Shown: piece after piece, positions 59,859 through 64,000 of the stretch | How the letters are laid out: each line of letters starts with the position of its first letter | How positions within the stretch are numbered: the first letter of the stretch is position 1 | Assembly: GCA_963796105.1 (NCBI GenBank) | Contig: CAWCKJ010000010.1 | Span: 1 to 64,000 of the forward strand | Length of the DNA: 64,000 bases | Direction: 5' to 3' | Source: a candidate division FCPU426 bacterium | GTDB lineage: Bacteria; Oederibacteriota; Muellerivitia; Muellerivitales; Muellerivitaceae | Notes under the pieces: generated by a model | The model's input: the letters and a program-made list of their open reading frames with translations, nothing else | Told to the model about the DNA's origin: nothing | Databases searched by the model: none | Position numbers and translations under genes: made by a program

Positions 59859-59981
59859 CGAATTGTAAATAAACTTCTCTCGCCCCATGCCAACCCAATT
59901 AACCGTTCCAAAGAAGGTCGGTATGCATTGGATTCCTGGGATGCAGGGGATTTAATAAATCCGAATTCTAAATTCTTAATT

Positions 59982-61190
59982 TTAAATTTTAAATTGTTGA
60001 AGGGCTTCCTTGAAGACTTTGCCCAAACGGCTGATGCCTTCCCGGATCTTGCCCTTATCCACCGCGCAATAGGTCAGGCGTAGGGTGTTCAAACCCTGGC
60101 CCTCTTTCGTGTAAAAGGCGGTGCCCACCACATAAGCTACCTTGGCCGCTAAGGCTTTCTCGAAGAGGGTGACGGCGTTAAGCCCTTCCGGCAATTCGGC
60201 CCAGAGGAAGAACCCACCCAAGGGATGGTTGTGCCGGATTTGCGGGGGGAAAAATTCCTTGATGGCGGACATCATGGCGTCCCTCCGGCCCTGGTAGGTG
60301 CTGATGAGTTTCGCCAGGTGGTCCTTCAGGTGGCCGCCTCGGAAGAAGTCCGCGGCTATGACTTGGGACAGAACGTCGGTGCAAACGTCTGCTGTTTCCT
60401 TGGCCATGGTCATGCGGGCCACGAGGGCGGGATCGGCGCAGACCCAGCCCAGCCTCATGCCGGGGGAGGCGATCTTGCTGAAACTGCCCAGGTAGATGAC
60501 ACGCCCGTCGGTGTCGAAGGCCTTAAGGGGCTTGATGGGTTTGCCCGTGAAATTCAACTCGCCGTAGGGGTTGTCCTCGACGATCAAAACATCATGCTTG
60601 CGGGCGACCTCCAAGAGCTGGGCTCTTTGGGCCTCGGGAAGGGTGGACCCGGCAGGGTTCTGGAAAGTGGGGATCGTGTAGATCAACTTGGGTTTGGGGG
60701 AGGCTTTCGAGAGGATCTCATCCAGCCGCTGGATATCCATTCCCGTTTCGCCGCAGGGAACCGGCATGAACTCAACCGAGAAGTTGCGGAAGCAAAGAAG
60801 GCCCCCTAGGTAGCTGGGCTCTTCCACCGCCACGGCATCGCCGTGATTCAGCAGGGTGAGACCGGATAAGAAAAGCCCCTGCTGGCTTCCGGTCGTGATC
60901 AAAATGTTATCAACGGTGCACTGAATGCCTTGGCCTTTCAGGTAATCGGCCACCGCTTCCCTCATGGGTTTCCAGCCGATCGTCTCGCCGTATTGAAGTG
61001 AAAATTTGCCCTGCTCCCGGATGACCTTGGAGGCGATATCGGCCAGGAGATCCTTGGGGAACAGTTCCGCGTCGGGGGTGCCGCCCGCGAAGGAAATGAT
61101 GTCGGATTGTTGGACCAATTTGAGAAGCGCGCGGATGACGGAGGGCTTCATCGAGTTGGAAACGTTGGAAAAACGGTGGTCGTAATCCAT
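59982..61190 (-). CDS. PLP-dependent aminotransferase class I (LysN/MocR-like)
   Basis: ISFAGG, GSQQGL, FQNPAG, EDNPY, SFSKIASPGMRLGW; start 61190 follows GGAG. Confidence 0.9.
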   Translation of the reverse strand: MDYDHRFSNVSNSMKPSVIRALLKLVQQSDIISFAGGTPDAELFPKDLLADIASKVIREQGKFSLQYGETIGWKPMREAVADYLKGQGIQCTVDNILITTGSQQGLFLSGLTLLNHGDAVAVEEPSYLGGLLCFRNFSVEFMPVPCGETGMDIQRLDEILSKASPKPKLIYTIPTFQNPAGSTLPEAQRAQLLEVARKHDVLIVEDNPYGELNFTGKPIKPLKAFDTDGRVIYLGSFSKIASPGMRLGWVCADPALVARMTMAKETADVCTDVLSQVIAADFFRGGHLKDHLAKLISTYQGRRDAMMSAIKEFFPPQIRHNHPLGGFFLWAELPEGLNAVTLFEKALAAKVAYVVGTAFYTKEGQGLNTLRLTYCAVDKGKIREGISRLGKVFKEALQQFKI

Positions 61191-61443
61191 AGCTGGCTCC
61201 ATGGGGAATTTCCGGGTTGGGTCAAAACCGGTCTTCCAAGATACCGGCAACGTCATGAGACATCAAGCGTGGAGGAATAAGCAAACTTCAAGTATTCACC
61301 TCAGAGACGCAGAGACTCAGCAAAAAAGAACGTATTTCACAACAATCTGAAATAATACTTAGCCACGGATAAGTGGGATTCATTGGATAAAAAAAACATC
61401 TCAACTTTGGCAAATTCCGAAAAGCATGTTCCTAGTGATGATG

Positions 61444-61590
61444 ATTCCCCTCCTTGAAAAAGGGCAGTTCGGTTTGTGGGTAACATAGGGGTTTTTCCCT
61501 ATGAGCGCCTTTGGGGAGGTGGGTATTAGCCGTTGTAAGGACGTTACGGAAAAACTAACTTCCCCTAATCCCCTTCTTTCAGAGGGGGAA
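61444..61590. repeat. REP/MITE-like inverted-arm element, copy 2
   Basis: Shares GGGTATTAGC and CTAACTTCCCCT...CTTTCAGAGGGGGAA with 57674..57771; has an internal insertion. Confidence 0.7.
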
Positions 61591-61676
61591 ACGCGAGTTG
61601 ACCCGCGATTTGTCAAAGTGGGGTATTAAATCAATTTTCTTGGCTGGGTCTTTGGGTCCCTGTGGTTAAATTTGGT

Positions 61677-63083
61677 TTATAAGCTTTGAAATATTTTGTC
61701 GGCGGCGGTTTCGCCCGCGGCGATGGCGTCCGGGATGCCGATGCCCTTCAGGCCGTTTCCGGCGATATATAGCCCCTTGGTCTCATCGGCTTTGTGTGTG
61801 AGGCGTTCCACCAGATCCGCGTGGCCTGGACGGTAATAGGACATGGAGGAACTATATTGCGCCAGGTGGTGGACCATCGGCCTGTTGCGAAGTTTCAAGA
61901 GAGGCGAGAGCTCGATCAATACATCCTCCAGAAGGGCTTCCTCCCCCTCCTTTTGAGCCACAGCGACCGCGTCATCCCCGAGGAAAGCCCGTAACAACAC
62001 TGTTCCTTCGGGGGCCCGGCCTGGAAATTTTTGGCTTGCGAAAGAGCAACCCACGATCATTCTTTTTTCCTTGGAAGGGACAACGAAGCCAAATCCATTT
62101 AAGGGGTGCCCCACATCCTGACGCCGGAAACCGAGGTTCAGGGTCGCGGAGTCGTGCGCTGGTATTTTTTCCAACAGGCCATCCCAATCAGGGTCCAGGT
62201 CTTTCAAGAGAGGCCGCATTTTGGACGGCTGAATGGCCAATACTACCTTATCCACTTCCCGTGTATGGCCTTGGGAGGTAATCTGCCAGGTGCCGTGACC
62301 GCTGGGGATAAGGGACTCCGCCGGGTGCCTCATCCAAAGGCACTCAGGGGGAATCTTGGAAGCCATTTTCTCCGCGAAGGACTGCATGCCTTCCTTGAAT
62401 GAAACAAAGAGGGAATAACGGGCCCCTGAGACGCGCGGCTGGGAATGCAGACGCTTGGCCGCCATGGCCTTCAACAAGGAACCGTACTTGATTTCCATTT
62501 CCTTGAAACGGGGAGCGCAGGTATCCAAACTCAAATCAAAGGGGTCGGCGTTATAAACCCCGCCCATGAGGGGCTGGGCCAGGTAGTCGAATACTTCCTT
62601 GCCCAGGCGCCGGGTGACGAAATCCCCGATACTTTCATCCCCAGGTTCCTTGCGAACAGGAACGAAGGTCTCGAGGCACGCCCTGAGTTTTCCCCGGATG
62701 GAAAGCAAAGGCGTGGTCATGAGGGGAGTGAGACGGGAGGGAGCCATCAGGTAGAAGCCCTCGGGGATCGGGTGGATCTTTTCCCCCTTGAGGATGAAGG
62801 ATTGCTTGATATCCGGGTTGGTCCCTACAAGCTGGTCATCCATGCCCATTCGCTTGACCATGGCCATCCCAGCCGGTTTCTCGGTAATGAAGCAATCGGG
62901 GCCTTCCTCCATGAGGAACCCGTTTTTACGGGCTGTCCCCAGGGTGCCCCCGGGTTTACCCGCGCCATCCAGGATGTTCAAATCCAGATGGAGGTCCTTG
63001 CCTTGTGAAAGTTCCAAAAGGCGGAGCGCCGCGGCTAAACCGCTGACTCCCGCCCCGATGATTGCGACTCGTAAAGAGTTCAA
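61677..63083 (-). CDS. hemY: FAD-dependent proto/coproporphyrinogen oxidase
   Basis: VAIIGAGVSGL, EEGPDCF, SFKEGMQ, GFGFVVP, SQKFPGRAP, GIGIPD; TTG start at 63083. Confidence 0.9.
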   Translation of the reverse strand: MNSLRVAIIGAGVSGLAAALRLLELSQGKDLHLDLNILDGAGKPGGTLGTARKNGFLMEEGPDCFITEKPAGMAMVKRMGMDDQLVGTNPDIKQSFILKGEKIHPIPEGFYLMAPSRLTPLMTTPLLSIRGKLRACLETFVPVRKEPGDESIGDFVTRRLGKEVFDYLAQPLMGGVYNADPFDLSLDTCAPRFKEMEIKYGSLLKAMAAKRLHSQPRVSGARYSLFVSFKEGMQSFAEKMASKIPPECLWMRHPAESLIPSGHGTWQITSQGHTREVDKVVLAIQPSKMRPLLKDLDPDWDGLLEKIPAHDSATLNLGFRRQDVGHPLNGFGFVVPSKEKRMIVGCSFASQKFPGRAPEGTVLLRAFLGDDAVAVAQKEGEEALLEDVLIELSPLLKLRNRPMVHHLAQYSSSMSYYRPGHADLVERLTHKADETKGLYIAGNGLKGIGIPDAIAAGETAADKIFQSL

Positions 63084-63101
63084 TGTGTTTATGTTTCCTT
63101 T

Positions 63102-64000
63102 CACTCTTGTCCTAAATAAAGGCCTAAAAAAAGACGCCTCCGATTGAAGTAGAATTGGGTTTGATGACAGCCCAAAGCAACGGTTACCAGCCGTCGCTAC
63201 TTCAAACATACGGAGGCGCTTTTTTATGGTACCACCAACCAGTCTATTTGCCCAAGTGTTGAAACTCGTAGACCGAACCGCTTTTGAGCGAATCGTGCGA
63301 GAGATTGAAGCCGAAAAGCACTCCAAGGGATTCAGTTGCTGGGATCAGTTTGTTTCCATGCTTTTCTGCCAGATGGGAGCAGCCCATTCCTTGAGGGAAA
63401 TCTGTGGCGGCCTCAGTACGGCCCTTGGGAAATTGACCCACTTGGGTCTTTGCAAAGCTCCCACTAAATCCACCTTGGCCTATGCCAACACCAAGCGTTC
63501 TTGGCGGGTTCAACAAAAGCTTTTTTACCATTTATTATCGAAGTGCCAGTTGTTGGCGGCCACCTCAAAAAGAAAATTCAGGTTTAAAAATCCTCTTTAT
63601 AGCCTGGATTCCAGCACCATCGACCTTTGTTTGTCAGTGTTCGACTGGGCGAAATTCCGTAGAACCAAAGGGGCCATCAAACTCCATCTTCTGCTGGACC
63701 ATCAGGGGTACTTGCCCTGCTGGGGACTCGTAACGGAGGGAGGCACGCATGACGTGAAGGTGGCCCAAAAGCTCGATTTTCCAGTGGATTCAATCGTGGT
63801 GATGGATCGGGGGTATGTGGATTTCTTTCTTCTGGCCCGATGGACATTCCAAGGCGTGTGGTGGGTGACCCGGGCCAAGATCAACATGGCCTACGAGGTG
63901 GTGAAAAGCCTGACGGTTCCGAAAACGGGCAACGTCCTGAAGGACCAGGTGATACGGTTGACGACGTTTCGGTCACATGAAGCCTACCCTAAAGAGATGC
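63102..64000 (+). mobile_element. IS4-family insertion sequence, truncated by window end
   Basis: Candidate left end CACTCTTGTCCTAAA near 63102 (right end not visible), followed by transposase. Confidence 0.75.
63226..64000 (+). CDS. IS4-family transposase (partial, DUF4372-type N-terminus)
   Basis: Not in ORF track because it is open at window end; SLFAQVL, FSCWDQFVSMLFCQ, KSTLAYAN, LDSSTIDL, WAKFRRTKGAIKLH, VMDRGY. Confidence 0.9.
   Translation, partial: MVPPTSLFAQVLKLVDRTAFERIVREIEAEKHSKGFSCWDQFVSMLFCQMGAAHSLREICGGLSTALGKLTHLGLCKAPTKSTLAYANTKRSWRVQQKLFYHLLSKCQLLAATSKRKFRFKNPLYSLDSSTIDLCLSVFDWAKFRRTKGAIKLHLLLDHQGYLPCWGLVTEGGTHDVKVAQKLDFPVDSIVVMDRGYVDFFLLARWTFQGVWWVTRAKINMAYEVVKSLTVPKTGNVLKDQVIRLTTFRSHEAYPKEM

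Noticed and set aside
63084..63326. N-terminal extension of HemY in the ORF track
   Set aside because: It runs antisense through the IS4 end and transposase; the FAD-binding motif begins right after the TTG at 63083

Overview
Chromosomal window from a diderm bacterium: it has lipoproteins, an outer-membrane barrel candidate and a GT9 heptosyltransferase. No rRNA, tRNA or CRISPR was recognised. (1) 0.2-15 kb is a LacI-controlled beta-mannan/glucomannan utilisation locus with an ABC solute-binding protein, GH130 phosphorylase, PMM-like HAD enzyme, GH5_7 and an esterase. It lacks SusC/SusD or any TonB receptor in this window. Instead it has a 1398-aa protein with five tandem CBM-like repeats fused to a probable outer-membrane beta-barrel, two CBM-like lipoproteins, and a mannanase carrying a catalytically degenerate duplicate GH5 domain. 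(2) 15-21 kb holds DUF4912/GH57/ROK, a small secreted Ala/Lys protein and ilvD. (3) 21-39.7 kb is a surface glycosylation cluster with three YfhO-type GT-C proteins, GT2, flippase-like proteins, UDP-GlcA decarboxylase, three SAM methyltransferases, a B12 radical SAM enzyme with a CX12CX2C motif, and NHL proteins. (4) 39.8-45.3 kb holds DksA/TraR, LemA-HtpX, PilZ, GAP, EamA and SDR genes. (5) 45.4-64 kb is a plastic region. It contains a GH44 gene with a duplicated 3' end around hicBA, a signal peptidase-ECF sigma-small membrane protein operon, IS1380, an Old Yellow Enzyme, a non-coding helically phased 21/22-bp repeat array interrupted by an IS3, GT9, REP-like elements, vapBC, an aminotransferase, hemY and a truncated IS4. 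All family calls come from motif recognition by eye; no database searches were run.
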